Made by a program: the position numbers and the translations under genes. Source: Octopus sinensis (taxonomy: Eukaryota). Taken from it: a stretch of DNA of 64,000 bases. Within the stretch, counting starts at the first letter, position 1, and each line of letters starts with the position of its first letter. Positions 61,864-64,000 of the stretch are shown one piece after another. The stretch spans positions 20,150,001 through 20,214,000 of the forward strand of contig NC_043009.1 of NCBI RefSeq assembly GCF_006345805.1. Direction: 5' to 3'. Under the pieces are notes generated by a model. It had not been told where the DNA came from. It worked only from the letters and a program-made list of their open reading frames with translations, and did no database searches.

Positions 61864-61918
61864 ATGTTGTGGATGACAACTGCTGCAAAAGTCTATGATG
61901 AGGTGATGCAGAAGGGAG
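61864..61918 (+). CDS. ELOVL: ELOVL elongase, first coding exon
   Basis: In-frame TAA at 61852; MLWMTTAAKVYDEVMQKG G|gtatgt (phase 1) joins AT to form the D of DPRV; the start could be the ATG at 61873. Confidence 0.75.
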
Positions 61919-62383
61919 GTATGTATTACATTGTTGCAACTATTCCAATCAAGTCCTTAAAAGAGATTAAAAAATTCTTTATTCATTGTTTTATCCAATT
62001 CGTCCTGATGTATCGAAGAGTCAGAAGTGATTTACATTTATGGCTACAGATATGTTTGTGTGGTTCACTTCACAGTTACACAGTCTTAAGTTGAGTCCCT
62101 CTGTGCTCTGTATTTTCTGCCATGGCCTTGGGTTGACCAAAGCTTTGTAAGTGAAATTTAATAAAAGGAAACTATGTGAGCCTTTCCTGTTCTTGGGTGG
62201 TGGTCTTGTTTTCCTGTTTAACAGCTCCACTTACTTCTTGGCTGAGATCCATTCAGTTGATCCCATTGAGTTTCTGATCTGAGAATAATTTTCTCTCTCC
62301 TTTCTCTCATCACTCACAGAGGCCCTGGGAAAAAGAGTAATGGATGTTGTCCCTCCCTTTTATGAACTGAGCCCTAAAATATA

Positions 62384-62548
62384 GGCGCAGGAGTGGCTGT
62401 GTGGTAAGTAGCTTGCTAACCAACCACATGGTTCCGGGTTCAGTCCTACTGCGTGGCATCTTGGGCAAGTGTCTTCTGCTATAGCCCCAGGCCGACCAAT
62501 GCCTTGTGAGTGGATTTGGTAGATGGAAACTGAAAGAAGCCTGTCGTA

Positions 62549-62591
<43 letters not shown>

Positions 62592-62592
62592 G

Positions 62593-62633
<41 letters not shown>

Positions 62634-62844
62634 TTGTGTGTCTGTGTTTGTCCCCCAGCATTGTTTGACAACTGATGCTGGTGTGTTTATGTCCCGTCAC
62701 TTAGCGGTTCGGCAAAAAGGACCGATAGATAGAATAGTACTGGGCTTACAAAGAATAAGTCCCGGGGTTCGAGTTGCTCGACTAAAGGCGGTGCTCCAGC
62801 ATGGCCACAGTCAAATGACTGAAACAAGTAAAAGAGTAAAGAGT
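62384..62844 (+). mobile_element. Full-length SINE family A in ELOVL intron
   Basis: Same head, core and tail as 30867-31263 with a longer internal microsatellite. Confidence 0.9.
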
Positions 62845-62991
62845 AGATGTGAACTTTGCCAGTCACAGCTATAGCAACCCTGAGCTGTGACTGGTATAAT
62901 TTCTTGCATTTTGGGAATTCTACCAGAAGAAGATTACAAAATGGCTGTAATCCTATGGGAGTCACATGGTTAAATATGGATTATCCAACAG

Positions 62992-63179
62992 ATCCCCGTG
63001 TTGCTGATTGGTTCATGATGTCTTCACCTGTACCTAGTTTCCTTATATGTCTGGTCTATATGGTAATTACTAAAGTTGGACCCATATTCATGGCCAACCG
63101 AAAACCCTTCGAAATTCGTAATGTCATGCTTGTTTACAACATTGCAATGGTTTTGTTATCTGCATATATATTAGAAGAG
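62992..63179 (+). CDS. ELOVL: ELOVL elongase (ELOVL1/4/7 group), second coding exon; gene continues beyond the window
   Basis: caacag|DPRVADWFMMSSPVPSF..GPIFMANRKPFEIRNVMLVYN..LSAYILEE|gtaagt; 188 nt; subfamily unresolved. Confidence 0.92.
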
Positions 63180-64000
63180 GTAAGTGTTCTAATTTGTTTC
63201 TCACCTGGCACAGGTGTGATATGTCTTTATTTAAATTATTGAATCAATCCCTTACCAACACCCTACTAAGCCATGCAACACTCAACAAAACACATGGTAG
63301 GATGTAATTTGACCAAAGTCTGGCTTAAATCACACCTCATTGATTTAAATTAAAAAAGGAAAAATGCATTGGATTGGATTCATTATGACTGGGTTGTCAT
63401 GGCTGAAATACCGTATTTTAACGTGTATAAGGAACCCTTTTTTATCAAAAATTAGGTTAAAAAATGTGAGTTTCTTATATGTGGATAGTATTATAATCCC
63501 TTACGAAACCTTTTTCCCAAATTTTAAGCCCAAAAGATTAGGGGGTTCCTCACATTAAAATACAGTAATTTCAATCTGTACATCAAACTCTTCCCCCGCA
63601 TCTCTAACCACCTGTCAGGCCAAGCTAAGTCTAAAGACTGGAACCCAGGTGCAGCTCCTCTGCTTGCCAGCTCTGGTTAAACCATCCAACCCATGACATC
63701 ATGGAAAACGGATGATGATAATCCTTGATTGATGAGTGAGGAATGGAAGCACAGTGGCTTAGAATACATAAATATTCAAGTTTTATATCTACCCCCACCC
63801 CATTTATAATAGTATTGGAAAATTGGACACTAAATAAAATGAAAATCCTCAAATTACTGATGTTTAAGATATTTTCAGAATATTTTGTGCATAAAAATGA
63901 GGCAAATTACTGTTTTATAACTGTAGAATCCACCATAAAGAATTATTTCTTTGGGTCAGCAAAATTTTAAAAAATTCTTTTATTCCATTTGCCATTTATT

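Noticed and set aside
62856-62991. N-terminal extension of the ELOVL ORF
   Set aside because: Intronic: acceptor before DPRV and a phase-matched upstream exon at 61864-61918.

Overview
AT-rich, repeat-dense animal genomic DNA. The SINE, RTE and Penelope content and the gene set are consistent with an octopod (Octopus-like) genome; this is an inference, not a database result. Three protein-coding genes are supported, all on +: (1) a brat-type TRIM-NHL gene with a single coding exon (18091-20289) that retains an N-terminal RING; (2) a five-exon MPV17L2/PXMP2-family gene (32762 to ~42647); (3) the first two coding exons of an ELOVL elongase (61864-63179), which continues past the window. A speculative small spliced gene on the minus strand (~44.7-47.5 kb) lies below an RFX X-box. 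Most of the rest is mobile DNA: a 5'-truncated Penelope-like element (YRDD RT plus GIY-YIG) with inverted pseudo-LTRs, two tRNA-type SINE families, RTE, CR1/Jockey-like and L1/Tx1-like LINE fragments, mariner/maT remnants, a 280-bp MITE with a telomere-like core, and a 1.94-kb foldback element with ~630-bp modular TIRs and an 8-bp TSD. The most unusual signals are RNA-structural: at least three distinct minimal hammerhead-ribozyme-like motifs, one of them inside a perfect 66-bp inverted repeat 2.1 kb downstream of brat in the sense orientation. There are also several local inverted or templated duplications. No CRISPR array, rRNA or genuine tRNA gene was found. Repeat boundaries were read by eye and are approximate unless a TSD or TIR is given.
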